Part shown: positions 39,862 to 49,743 of the stretch, piece by piece
Layout: each line of letters opens with the position of its first letter
How positions within the stretch are numbered: position 1 is the stretch's first letter
Source of the DNA: a virus
Lineage: Duplodnaviria > Caudoviricetes
DNA length: 64,000 nt
Strand: one strand, 5' to 3'
IMG/VR virus record: IMGVR_UViG_2974541498_000001
Coordinates: 1 to 64,000 of that record
The notes under the pieces: model-generated
Told to the model about the DNA's origin: nothing
The model's input: only the letters and a program-made list of their open reading frames with translations
Database searches by the model: none
Program-made: the position numbers and the translations under genes

Positions 39862-41025
39862 CTATACTAATTCGTCATAGGTTATATAAGATAGAGAGCC
39901 GTTGCCAATATCATTTACTATACCCGCAGTTCCGCTATTCAATGAAAAAACGATACTAGTGGGTGTTCTAATATCTGCATCAATAAGGGTCCAATTAGAA
40001 TATCCAGATTTAAGCCCCAAATAACGCACATGTCCACCAGTAACTGTTTTAACAATGCTGTTGAGATTAACAGTTGCATTTACTAAGTTTTGGCTCATCG
40101 TTAAAACGGATCCTTGAATATATAGTTTCTTATTAACATCATCAACTTTATATAAAATAGTGGTATTGGGGCTTACCGTAGCACCCGTGACTGTTTGAAC
40201 GTATTTGTTGTCTAGCTGACGCCAAGCACTGTCTTCAATGCTTTTTAAATCAGCCGCGGTTGCGACATCGACACCTCCTGATTGCAATCCCGAAGTAAAG
40301 TTTGCGGCTTTAGTAGTATCTGCCATATTAGCCGTAGCGGCGTTAATAGCGGTTGTAACATCTGTTTTAGATGCCATTGCGGTTGAATTAGGTACTCGCC
40401 AACCAAACCACTTACCTGTCGGAGGATTGCCCGAATAGGTATTAACTAATTGGGAAGCATTGGTATCGGTAATCGTCACATTTTTCCCATCCATTGGTTG
40501 GTTGCCTACCGTTTTTACTACGACAGTGGACCATGGTGATAACGCTGGATAATTATTAGGCTTAACTCCCCACGTATAGTAAGTCCCGGGGTCTAAAGCT
40601 AGTACATCATCGTTGGCCGTTAGCGTTTTCTTAATCATTACCCTTGGGTCAATTGCTGAGGTATCTGCTTTGGTTGCTAATTGGTCCTTAGTGGGATAAT
40701 TACTTAGGTCAACAGGCGGTACACTATCTTCAGTTATATATGGTTTTCCGTTTGCTTTGTTTATTGGTGCTATATCAAAAGTATTCTTACCGGTAAACTC
40801 ATTATCTAATGGGAGTATATTTGGGCTACTATTATTTATAAGATTATATAGCTTACTAGCATCTACCATTATGGCACCAACAGTAAAAGTGCCATCCCCA
40901 TTGTCCGTAACTTTATTATCATTAAAGAAGTCTATTAGCTGAGAAAAATTTGATCCCAAGGCTTTCTCATTATCTTGAAATAGGGCTTTTAAATCCGCTA
41001 TACTTTCCGGTGTTATTTTAGCCAT
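39862..41025 (-). CDS. tail fibre / receptor-binding-like protein
   Basis: Anchor motif 'LKALFQD...FSQLID'; modules shared with 41041-43251; mosaic GC. Confidence 0.7.
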   Translation of the reverse strand: MAKITPESIADLKALFQDNEKALGSNFSQLIDFFNDNKVTDNGDGTFTVGAIMVDASKLYNLINNSSPNILPLDNEFTGKNTFDIAPINKANGKPYITEDSVPPVDLSNYPTKDQLATKADTSAIDPRVMIKKTLTANDDVLALDPGTYYTWGVKPNNYPALSPWSTVVVKTVGNQPMDGKNVTITDTNASQLVNTYSGNPPTGKWFGWRVPNSTAMASKTDVTTAINAATANMADTTKAANFTSGLQSGGVDVATAADLKSIEDSAWRQLDNKYVQTVTGATVSPNTTILYKVDDVNKKLYIQGSVLTMSQNLVNATVNLNSIVKTVTGGHVRYLGLKSGYSNWTLIDADIRTPTSIVFSLNSGTAGIVNDIGNGSLSYITYDELV

Positions 41026-41040
41026 TATATCTTCCTTTCT

Positions 41041-43251
41041 TTATACATTATTAACTATTGATATTGTAGTAGTACTAGCAAATGATGAAGCGGACATATT
41101 TTTAGATGGGTCAGAAACATTAGAAATATTAGCATAAAAAGGAGTAATAGCATATATGCTAATAGTATTATCATTATTTATTACTAGCTTAATAGCATAA
41201 AAAACAGAGCCTCCAGCACTTACTGCTTGATAATAAGCAGTATAACTACTTGATACTACATCCTCTTTAGATAATTTCCATAATAGGTTTATATAACTCT
41301 TTCCTAATGCTGATGAAGTAGCATCACCAGAAACATCACCACTATTCGTAGTAAATGTATTATTAGGAAGCTGAGAAGATTTATACCCATCAGTAGTATG
41401 ATACCCACTTGCAAAGGATGGAGCAGTACCTTTTATGGACACATTAATAGTTATTGAACTTCCCATACTATCAATACTGTACCCATTTCCTAAGTTATTT
41501 AAATCAAATTTATATTGATAGGAACCTTGCCCCCAAGCCGTTAAGTAATTTCCAGTAGTACTAGGATTAGTGTCCTTTACGTAATCATATGAGTATCCAT
41601 CTGGGAGTGCTTTCATAGCAGTAGTATCAACGGAGTAGCTTATCATTTTAGTTATATATGGATAAATCCAGTAACCTTCAGATTTATCATCCTTAAAATC
41701 TTCACCATGATATGGAGTTATATTTAATACCCCATTACCTTCATTGCTTATAACTAATCTCGGAGATATTCTATTATTACCAGATGTTGATAAATTCATT
41801 CCATTACCACTAAAGTCTATAGTATAACTTGACCCAACCTCAAAGTTTTCACTAGTAAGGTAGTAAGGAATAGCTTTTAATAGTCCTAATTCTCCACTTT
41901 TGACAGTACTATCGTCATTAGGATTCCATACATAATAATTTATATCACTCAAGGTACCCTCAGTTTTGTTTACATAATGTATAGCCTTAAATCCAAAATA
42001 TATTCTTATTCCACCCAGTGGGGCTGACCCTCCTGCGTTCTCAGTAAAATTAGTACCTACAACTGAAGTATCATAGTTTATAGAATAACTAGGATCACTT
42101 TTTCTAAAGGTAACTGTATTATTACTAGGATCATAATTGTATACCAATCCCTGATTTGAATAAGATACGTTATCAGTAGGAATAGCTTGTGAAGCTACTG
42201 GATAAAATCTATCAACTATTGATGATAATTCATTTATAGCATTAACATAATTTGATTTATCCTTGGTAAGTAATTTATTTACATCACCAGTTTGACTAGC
42301 AGTAACTAATGGATCACCATTTATCATCTTAGGAGTATTGTCAAAAGTTATATTACCAGTAAAGTTTGTGTCTTTAGTAGAGTCAACCATGTTTGCAGTG
42401 GCCGCGTTAATGGCGGTTGCAATATCCGATTTAGTGCTGTATGGGTTTCCGGTTGTCTTATCTATTGGTGCCGTATCAAAAGTTTTTTGACCACCAATCT
42501 CTTCATTTCCAGAATTATGAACAACTTTGGAATCATCTGCCTTATCTTCCGGAGCTGGCGTCCAATCACTTAAAACTGATGATTTTTCTAAACTTGCTTG
42601 AATTGGATTACCATAAGTTCTAAAAGAAACTCTAACATAAGCGGTGTTAGCTGGAAAAACTACGGTAGAAACATTCGGAATTGAAATATTAGGAAACCCC
42701 AAAGGCAACATTCTTATAACTGATGTTATAGTTCCCGTCACTGTTGTATTTCCAGTTGAAGGGCGTGAGATAAATTGCTTATTAGCGTCATAAAATCCGA
42801 TTCCCCACCATGCCTGATTAGCGTTTACTTGTTGAATTATTTGACAATAATAGCTTTGCGTTATATCTACCGGAATGAAGTTTGAGATGACTTCTTTAGC
42901 TATTCCATCGGCATGTGATATTGTTCCATCGGCGCCATTTACATAACCAGAGTTGTAATTTGAAACGGGAAGAAGGTTTCTACCACCAATAGTATCTGAT
43001 AACTTATTAAACGGCTGTACTTGAGCTCCATTAAGTTGTTCAGTACCATTTTTATTATCATGTACTACTTTTGAATCGTCAGCCTTCGTTGCTAAATCAG
43101 TCTCTACCGTAGCTATACGAGAATCATAACTATTTACTATATCTGCCAAGTTAGACCCAGCAAAAGCCGCATGAATAAGCTCTTCAAAGTCAGCTCCTAC
43201 TGGTATATTTAAGTCTTTAAATTTTTGAATTAAATCTGCTTCCGTAGCCAT
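41041..43251 (-). CDS. tail fibre / receptor-binding-like protein with carbohydrate-binding module
   Basis: KADDSKVVH x2 flanking 'GGRNLL...SDWTPAPED'; late-promoter motif upstream. Confidence 0.75.
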   Translation of the reverse strand: MATEADLIQKFKDLNIPVGADFEELIHAAFAGSNLADIVNSYDSRIATVETDLATKADDSKVVHDNKNGTEQLNGAQVQPFNKLSDTIGGRNLLPVSNYNSGYVNGADGTISHADGIAKEVISNFIPVDITQSYYCQIIQQVNANQAWWGIGFYDANKQFISRPSTGNTTVTGTITSVIRMLPLGFPNISIPNVSTVVFPANTAYVRVSFRTYGNPIQASLEKSSVLSDWTPAPEDKADDSKVVHNSGNEEIGGQKTFDTAPIDKTTGNPYSTKSDIATAINAATANMVDSTKDTNFTGNITFDNTPKMINGDPLVTASQTGDVNKLLTKDKSNYVNAINELSSIVDRFYPVASQAIPTDNVSYSNQGLVYNYDPSNNTVTFRKSDPSYSINYDTSVVGTNFTENAGGSAPLGGIRIYFGFKAIHYVNKTEGTLSDINYYVWNPNDDSTVKSGELGLLKAIPYYLTSENFEVGSSYTIDFSGNGMNLSTSGNNRISPRLVISNEGNGVLNITPYHGEDFKDDKSEGYWIYPYITKMISYSVDTTAMKALPDGYSYDYVKDTNPSTTGNYLTAWGQGSYQYKFDLNNLGNGYSIDSMGSSITINVSIKGTAPSFASGYHTTDGYKSSQLPNNTFTTNSGDVSGDATSSALGKSYINLLWKLSKEDVVSSSYTAYYQAVSAGGSVFYAIKLVINNDNTISIYAITPFYANISNVSDPSKNMSASSFASTTTISIVNNV

Positions 43252-43297
43252 TAAAAAACCCCTTTCCTACAGTATAATATAGGTAAGAGGGATTTCC

Positions 43298-43876
43298 TTA
43301 GTCATTGGCGAAGTCTTTTGAATAAATAAGTTTATTAGCAGTTTCCTTTACTCTTTCATGAGCAATTTTAACATCTAATTGAACCCGGTTCTTCTGAGAT
43401 TTATAATCCTGCTTCTTTTGTTCCAATAAGGAAATCATATTATTCTCTCGCTTAATCTCCGAATCAATATTAATAATTTCTTTTTCTAATCGCTTTTCTT
43501 TTACGCCAGAATCCGATTTAATATCTTGCTCATTCTTTAAAGCAATATCTAAGGCTTTTCTAAAAATATCAATAGCTTGCTTATTTAAATCCTCTGGCAA
43601 ATCATAGTTTACTTTAAAAATAGTAACAATCGTATCAGATTCCTTATCATAGACAAATACATTATCTTGTAGTAAATAATAATCAGCAGTTGTGTGGTAG
43701 AACCCTAATTGACCTCTATAAACCTTGTCGGCTCGATTAAAGGTTTCCTGGATATCCTTACATACTTTATCTTGGTTGTCTACCAGATATCGCGGGATAT
43801 CAATTCCTTTTAAATCCTGTTGCCGCTCTAACCAACGTTTCTTCGCATGTTCAGAAATTTTGCTCAAAATAATCAC
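43298..43876 (-). CDS. hypothetical protein (possible DUF4258-like N-terminus, coiled-coil C-terminus)
   Basis: 'ISEHAKKRWLER...FVYDKESDTIVTIF'. Confidence 0.6.
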   Translation of the reverse strand: MIILSKISEHAKKRWLERQQDLKGIDIPRYLVDNQDKVCKDIQETFNRADKVYRGQLGFYHTTADYYLLQDNVFVYDKESDTIVTIFKVNYDLPEDLNKQAIDIFRKALDIALKNEQDIKSDSGVKEKRLEKEIINIDSEIKRENNMISLLEQKKQDYKSQKNRVQLDVKIAHERVKETANKLIYSKDFAND

Positions 43877-43917
43877 TCCTTTTTATTTATTATACTACCT
43901 ATTTAGAAATATGTAAA

Positions 43918-44058
43918 GAAAAAGCCACTCATTATCCTTTAGCAGATATGAGCGACTTCTCCTTCATTAATTTTATTTGACTCTAGACAATAGCATCCAA
44001 TCAGGCATACCGACCTCTTGAATATATTAATATTAACATATTATTTATATTTTGTCAA
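43918..44058 (-). ncRNA. small stand-alone transcription unit (sRNA or 11-aa peptide)
   Basis: TTGACA promoter; terminator agtcgctcat...atgagtggct-T run; mini-ORF 43973-44008 with GAGGT RBS. Confidence 0.45.
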
Positions 44059-44141
44059 CACTTTTAGTTTAATAAAAAGCCGCCCCGCTATAACTTTGGT
44101 AAGTTAAGGGGCGACTAATATAATCTATTCTTCTACACTAT

Positions 44142-44194
44142 CGGCTTTCCATCCCCCCACTAAAGTAAGGAGATTTCCGCCCGACTACTATTAA
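44142..44194 (-). mobile_element. IS200/IS605-like end remnant
   Basis: TTAATAGTAG...AATCTCCTTAC-TTTA-GTGGGGGGATG hairpin; no tnpA/tnpB nearby. Confidence 0.45.
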
Positions 44195-44216
44195 ATTAAT
44201 ACCAGCCATTAGGTCA

Positions 44217-45377
44217 CTACTCATCAATATACTTAAAACACCACCCATATAATTTTGAACGCCGACGGGTAAATGGCTTACCATCTTTTAAGCGTCGAAA
44301 TATGTTAGCGTGAGTTCCTAAGCAACGATTAGCCTCAGCAACTGACTTATAGTAATGCTCATTTCCATCTGGATCAATACCAATAATCCCACCACGATTT
44401 AATAATTTATGATCTACTGTAATATGACCCGTTCGTTCATATTCTTCCTGTGCTTTCTCTTGTAAAACTCGGCCATCTTCAATTGTCGATACCATACCTA
44501 AATATTTAGATGTATGTGGACTGATATGCAGGGAAACTTGATAGGCACGGCGATAATCTGACCAATTAATACCAGGATTTTCTGACAGGTGATAAACAGG
44601 CTCTTTTTCATAATCACCATTTGGGCGTTTAAATGTATGGTAAATATGATGCTCCGTCTCAAAATCATAACGGCGACGCAAGGCATTATTTAAAATATAA
44701 TAATAACCTAATGAAATATGATGCTTATCAACATTTCCAAATGCTTCATATTTATCATGAGCGCGTCGGTTCTGACCCTTAGGACATAAGCGAACGCCCT
44801 TATATTGGTTTTTAGTATTCTTAAATTTATGACGATTATAAGCTTGCATTGATTTTGTTGCCCAACGAACATTACCTTTAATATATCCTAAATCTGGATT
44901 AATCCGATCAATTGAATAGGTAGGGCCGGGTTTATCACCAATTTCATGATAAAATGCCCAAGGATCATCTACCCATTCAGATTCAATCATCTTACCTTTA
45001 ATTCGTTTGGGGTTATAATAGTCCTTATCATTATTGTTAGGGTTACTTACCCGTTTAAGCATACTCTCATAGTTAGAAAACCATGACTCGTTACTAGCTC
45101 CATGTTTATAACTTAGCTTACGAAGATGTTCTGTAACTAATTTTCGATTTACATGACCACATGAAATAACGGTACCTTGTTTTAAATTATAAGCACGAAC
45201 CACACATGTTTTTCCACAGTCGCACAAACACTTCCACATTGCCCGACCGCGATTATCCTTCTGTTCAAAATCGATTACAACTAAATGGCCAAAATGCTGT
45301 CCTTTTAAATCTTCAATTTCGCCAAGAACTCTGTTAGGACGTTTAGAAACAGTTACACCATTTACTACCCGTGACAT
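44217..45377 (-). CDS. free-standing HNH homing endonuclease with AP2-like and NUMOD1-like domains
   Basis: 'DLKGQHFGHLVV..WKCLCDCG', 'SIDRINPDLGYIKGNVRWAT..QAYNR', 'YKGVR...ISLGYY', 'YYKSVAEANRCLG'. Confidence 0.9.
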   Translation of the reverse strand: MSRVVNGVTVSKRPNRVLGEIEDLKGQHFGHLVVIDFEQKDNRGRAMWKCLCDCGKTCVVRAYNLKQGTVISCGHVNRKLVTEHLRKLSYKHGASNESWFSNYESMLKRVSNPNNNDKDYYNPKRIKGKMIESEWVDDPWAFYHEIGDKPGPTYSIDRINPDLGYIKGNVRWATKSMQAYNRHKFKNTKNQYKGVRLCPKGQNRRAHDKYEAFGNVDKHHISLGYYYILNNALRRRYDFETEHHIYHTFKRPNGDYEKEPVYHLSENPGINWSDYRRAYQVSLHISPHTSKYLGMVSTIEDGRVLQEKAQEEYERTGHITVDHKLLNRGGIIGIDPDGNEHYYKSVAEANRCLGTHANIFRRLKDGKPFTRRRSKLYGWCFKYIDE

Positions 45378-45479
45378 TTTATACCTTCTTCCACAAAAAA
45401 TATACAAAACAAAAACCTAGTAGGAGTGATCCTACTAGGTTTAATTATATCATCGAATGGTATTAAAAACAACTAAACA

Positions 45480-46064
45480 TTAGTAATAATTGTGTGATAA
45501 CCAAAATTCCTTAGCCTTTTCCCATGATCCATATCGCTGGGCAACATATTTATCAGCTACTCTTTCTTGATTAGCGGCAGAATAATCCCCGTTTAAGTAG
45601 GAAGCACTTAATTGAAATTTTCCAACATACTGACCATTTTGTGCGGAATAAGAACCACCAGATTCTTTATTAGCAATCCAAGCCTTAGCACTAGAAGCAT
45701 CCCCACTATAACTTGATTGCTTAGCAACATTATTAGTATTAGCATTCGAAGCGTATTGTGTGGAACTATTGTTCACTTGGGTATTTTCTGTAGTAGGAGC
45801 CTCTGCCTTCTTAGGGGCAACATACGTATATCCACTATCAGATAGCTTAATAGTATCTCCCGGATAAATAATACTGCTTTCTGATAATCCGTTCTCTGAA
45901 AGCAAATCTGTTAGTGGCGTATTATAGCTCTGACTAATACCCCATAGAGTATCCCCTTGTTTTACTGTATAGGAAGTATCTGCACTAGCTACCGTAGATA
46001 CCCCCAAAATACTAAGACCGGTAATGGCCCCAAGGACCAAACTCATAATTTTATTTTTTAACAA
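45480..46064 (-). CDS. secreted LysM protein with Apf-type (aggregation-promoting factor) lysozyme-like domain
   Basis: Signal peptide ..ASA/DT; LysM; 'AKAWIANKESGGSYSAQNGQYVGKFQL...YGSWEKAKEFW'. Confidence 0.88.
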   Translation of the reverse strand: MLKNKIMSLVLGAITGLSILGVSTVASADTSYTVKQGDTLWGISQSYNTPLTDLLSENGLSESSIIYPGDTIKLSDSGYTYVAPKKAEAPTTENTQVNNSSTQYASNANTNNVAKQSSYSGDASSAKAWIANKESGGSYSAQNGQYVGKFQLSASYLNGDYSAANQERVADKYVAQRYGSWEKAKEFWLSHNYY

Positions 46065-46164
46065 ACAATAACTTCCTTTCTTTTATGGTTTTAATTTACC
46101 ACACGTTCCAAGTAAAAGGAAGCTATTAATATATTTGTTATTTTCTAGTAACACTTACGTAATA

Positions 46165-46506
46165 TTAAAGGTTCTTCTTTAATACTTTTAAACAATAATC
46201 TAAATCAGTTGTTCCTTTAGATATCTTAAATACATAGCTAAGTGAAGTCGGTTCATCTTCATTATCTGGAATAACCTTAATAACTATTCCGGCTTTATCA
46301 TCGTCAAATAAATCCTTAGTGACTCTAAAGAAATCTTGATATTCATCAGTAAAATCTTGGCTAAAATAATCATTATCCTCAGAATTATCCATAAGAATAA
46401 GGGGGAACTCCATAACACAGGTATCTTGGCTTCCAACCGTGCTTCCTAATAATCGCTCCTTACTAGCTTCTAGGGACTTAATTAAACTATTTATTTGCTT
46501 GTTCAA
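46165..46506 (-). CDS. hypothetical protein
   Basis: ORF track. Confidence 0.6.
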   Translation of the reverse strand: MNKQINSLIKSLEASKERLLGSTVGSQDTCVMEFPLILMDNSEDNDYFSQDFTDEYQDFFRVTKDLFDDDKAGIVIKVIPDNEDEPTSLSYVFKISKGTTDLDYCLKVLKKNL

Positions 46507-46693
46507 TGTTTAGTCTTCTTTCTACAATTTTATTATTTATATGATTAAGTTTTCTTCTAACATATAAATTTCTTTTCTCTATCTTTCTGATAGTTCTTTT
46601 ATGATATAAATATGATAACACAAATATCAGAATAAATAGAATTAGTAAAGATGAAACTATACAAAGTAATACCATAACTATTCCTCCAAACAA
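46487..46693 (-). CDS. small membrane protein
   Basis: One TM helix. Confidence 0.6.
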   Translation of the reverse strand: MFGGIVMVLLCIVSSLLILFILIFVLSYLYHKRTIRKIEKRNLYVRRKLNHINNKIVERRLNIEQANK

Positions 46694-47538
46694 ATATCTT
46701 TTAATTTAATTGTAGCTTGTTTATTGTTTTCTTTAGTACAAAGTAAAGAGATAATAGGATTATTTTCAAATACTTCTTTTTCTATAACTAAATCTTTTTT
46801 ATTTTCTCTACTAATTAAGGCCAAAGCTTTAACAAACTCTGAAATTAAATTTTTATATTCTGGATTATAAGCTAGATATTTAGATTGTATTTTATTATCT
46901 ATCTTCAAGCCAATTATCGCTATAGTAGTTCCATTTAAATTAATATATGCGTAATTATCATAATTAAGAGATTGAGTCCCATTAACTATAAACTTTTCTG
47001 GTATCTTATTAATTTTGCTAATAGCTGTGTCAGATACTTTGTCTAAAGCCTCTCCAATTAATCCATAAGTTAATTCAGCATCTGTTTTCTCTTTATTCGG
47101 CAATAGCTGATTCTGTTTTTTATTATCCTTATTAGGTAAAGGATTTTTTATTTCCGATTTATTAATAGCGCTAAAAGAGTCATGAGAACTATAGGAGGGT
47201 GCTTCTATTGATTCCTTAGTATTTATACTGGGAATAGGATTAAGGACCTCTATATTGCTCCCATACCTATTTAAATTGATTCTACGGTAGTCCTCACTAC
47301 TAGGGGTAATTGATTTAGAATATCTGTATAATGATAAGTAGTCGTTGAAACCATATAATAAAACTATTGGATAGTTATTATCTGTCAATTCCTGATTATT
47401 CTTAATGACAATAGATTCTGAATCAACATTTCCAATAGTTATATTTTTTAAAGTTGTTAAATCAATATCTTTATCAATAGTTTCTTTTGTAGCTTCTTCT
47501 AAGATTTTTGAAAAATCTGCTTCATTCAAACAATTCAC
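46678..47538 (-). CDS. hypothetical protein
   Basis: 286-aa ORF. Confidence 0.7.
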   Translation of the reverse strand: MNCLNEADFSKILEEATKETIDKDIDLTTLKNITIGNVDSESIVIKNNQELTDNNYPIVLLYGFNDYLSLYRYSKSITPSSEDYRRINLNRYGSNIEVLNPIPSINTKESIEAPSYSSHDSFSAINKSEIKNPLPNKDNKKQNQLLPNKEKTDAELTYGLIGEALDKVSDTAISKINKIPEKFIVNGTQSLNYDNYAYINLNGTTIAIIGLKIDNKIQSKYLAYNPEYKNLISEFVKALALISRENKKDLVIEKEVFENNPIISLLCTKENNKQATIKLKDICLEE

Positions 47539-47582
47539 CTTCTTATCTTTAATATAATAAAAGGGCGACTAAATAGTCGTCC

Positions 47583-48188
47583 TTACTTTAATAAGTTAGC
47601 ATCAATTAGAGTATATCCACCATTAGCTATAAACACATAATGTCCGTCTACTAGGAATATGGAGGTATTAGGAATATCTGAAAACTTTAACGAAATGTTA
47701 TATCCATAATAAGCAAATATAGGAGATCCATTCCGCGTCTCTAATATTAAAACACGCTCACTAGAAATATCAGGAATATCCTTAATTTGCTTTTTTATAT
47801 TAGTAACCGGATAGATTCTTTTTATATTATTCGGCTGAGTAATGAGTACATTCTTATTCGTTTCTACTCGGTTAGTTCCTACCCTAATAATAATATGATT
47901 ATTTAAGCTAGGATCCGCTGGATTATTAATATATTTAACATTAGTACCATATCCCTTAATATCAGCTAACTTTTTCCCTTGCTGGTCATATATATATCCA
48001 GCAGAATAGATACCTTCGGTCTTTTCTAATAATTCAGAAGAGTCTACAATGTTAGGTTGCTTTGGCTTATTAGCTTTTAAATACCAATTACCAAAGAATA
48101 ATATCAAGGAAGCTATAATTATTAACACACCCGGAACTACTATATTCATCTTATTTAAGTAACGAAATAACTGATGATTATTATGCAA
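47583..48188 (-). CDS. membrane-anchored protein
   Basis: N-terminal TM helix. Confidence 0.7.
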   Translation of the reverse strand: MHNNHQLFRYLNKMNIVVPGVLIIIASLILFFGNWYLKANKPKQPNIVDSSELLEKTEGIYSAGYIYDQQGKKLADIKGYGTNVKYINNPADPSLNNHIIIRVGTNRVETNKNVLITQPNNIKRIYPVTNIKKQIKDIPDISSERVLILETRNGSPIFAYYGYNISLKFSDIPNTSIFLVDGHYVFIANGGYTLIDANLLK

Positions 48189-48555
48189 AGTACCGTTTAA
48201 GCTCCATTACTGCATCATCTAGCTTGTTTTCAACACTATCATCACCATAGTTATAAGCTGAAATAGTATTTAGATCTTCTTTAATATTATCCGGATATGG
48301 TGCGATTCCCTTATTAACCCCAATAGCTACGATCTGATAGGTGTTAACCCAAACTTTATCAGAATTCCTATCAGCTTTTTGACTATATACTTCCATAAAA
48401 GGTGCATTACGTGTTTTACCAGAAGTTACTTGTGATAAAACTTCTAGCGGTGTTTTACTACTAATTCCATCATATTTTCCGAACAAGAAATACGTACCCG
48501 CGGATGTTGTGATATCTAACCAAGTATCCGCTTGTGGAAAATTATACTTAACCAT
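48181..48555 (-). CDS. hypothetical protein
   Basis: ORF. Confidence 0.7.
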   Translation of the reverse strand: MVKYNFPQADTWLDITTSAGTYFLFGKYDGISSKTPLEVLSQVTSGKTRNAPFMEVYSQKADRNSDKVWVNTYQIVAIGVNKGIAPYPDNIKEDLNTISAYNYGDDSVENKLDDAVMELKRYFA

Positions 48556-48572
48556 TTAAATAAACCTGCTTT

Positions 48573-48875
48573 CTACATAGATAAAATATTTGTTATATAA
48601 TATGTGATTAATCCGCCAATAGCCGCAAAGAATATGGAATTGAGGAAGTTATACATATACTCTCCCTTGCTATTGGATTGCTTAATAATATTATTAACAT
48701 CCTCTTTTATATTCTCTACTTCTTGCCTAAATATTGTATTCGTTACCTCCTGTTCTTCGTAGTTTGTTTGAATGTAACCAAGAAGTCTATTCTGGTTACG
48801 TTCTAAGTCTAACATAGACCGGTGAGTATCGTCAATATCCTCAATTGGAAATAGAGAAAAGTCTTCCTTTGACAC
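48573..48875 (-). CDS. coiled-coil protein with C-terminal TM helix
   Basis: Late-promoter motif at 48916-48928; GGGGG RBS. Confidence 0.7.
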   Translation of the reverse strand: MSKEDFSLFPIEDIDDTHRSMLDLERNQNRLLGYIQTNYEEQEVTNTIFRQEVENIKEDVNNIIKQSNSKGEYMYNFLNSIFFAAIGGLITYYITNILSM

Positions 48876-48991
48876 TCTTACATCCCCCCTATATAAGGAT
48901 TTACTACCTCTATTTTAATATAGGTAAGGGTGATAATCCCAATAAAGCTATATTATACTATGAAAAGGCCACAGTTAGGAGTGATAAATAA

Positions 48992-49273
48992 ATGTTTAAA
49001 CGGAATAAGCTAAAAGATTCCGGAATAAAGGTACTACTCATTATATCTATTCTGTCTATCTATGGTTTAATATTAAGCATTCTAAAAAAGTTTCTAAATA
49101 TTAATAGTATATCTACTATTTTAATTGTTGCTATTGGTGTCATTTTGTCTTTCCTAATAAATATTTTATACAACTATTATATTCAATACAGCAAAGAAGC
49201 TGAGCTTAATAGAAAAAGTAAACGGGCTATGGATAGAATTACCCAATTAGAAAAAGATATTAATAAAAGATGA
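48992..49273 (+). CDS. two-TM membrane protein preceding terminase
   Basis: Two TM helices; position typical of Herelleviridae. Confidence 0.75.
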   Translation: MFKRNKLKDSGIKVLLIISILSIYGLILSILKKFLNINSISTILIVAIGVILSFLINILYNYYIQYSKEAELNRKSKRAMDRITQLEKDINKR

Positions 49274-49287
49274 GTGGTGAATAATAC

Positions 49288-49734
49288 ATGGGAATGGCTG
49301 ACAAGATAAAAAATAATCTAGATACTGCTCAGAACGATCAAGAAGTTCTATTAAAAAATCAATTTAATTCTGGAACAAAAGTTTTGATGGAAAAATTTCT
49401 TGAAAATGTTCAAGCGGGAGAAGTTTCCCTTAATAGTATTAATGATTATAATCAGCTCTTTAAAATTTTCCAAGAAGTCAACCACTTAACCGCTGAAGAT
49501 GGTGCAGAAGGAAATGGAAAGCCTCCTAAGCTATCCCTTGCTGAGGAAGACTCAATTGAAAATAAACTAAAAGTTGATACTAGGCGGGTTATGGAATCAG
49601 ATGGTCAAATGGTTGATAAGAAACAAATAGATATTAATGACATTAAAAATCTTTCAGAAAAAGACGTTGATGACATCGCGATAGATAGAACTACCATTTT
49701 AAATAATCGTAATGGTGGCTTTGATGTCGACTAA
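49288..49734 (+). CDS. putative terminase small subunit
   Basis: Directly upstream of terL; size and pattern resemble Twort-like TerS. Confidence 0.6.
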   Translation: MGMADKIKNNLDTAQNDQEVLLKNQFNSGTKVLMEKFLENVQAGEVSLNSINDYNQLFKIFQEVNHLTAEDGAEGNGKPPKLSLAEEDSIENKLKVDTRRVMESDGQMVDKKQIDINDIKNLSEKDVDDIAIDRTTILNNRNGGFDVD

Positions 49735-49743
49735 GGAGGTTCA

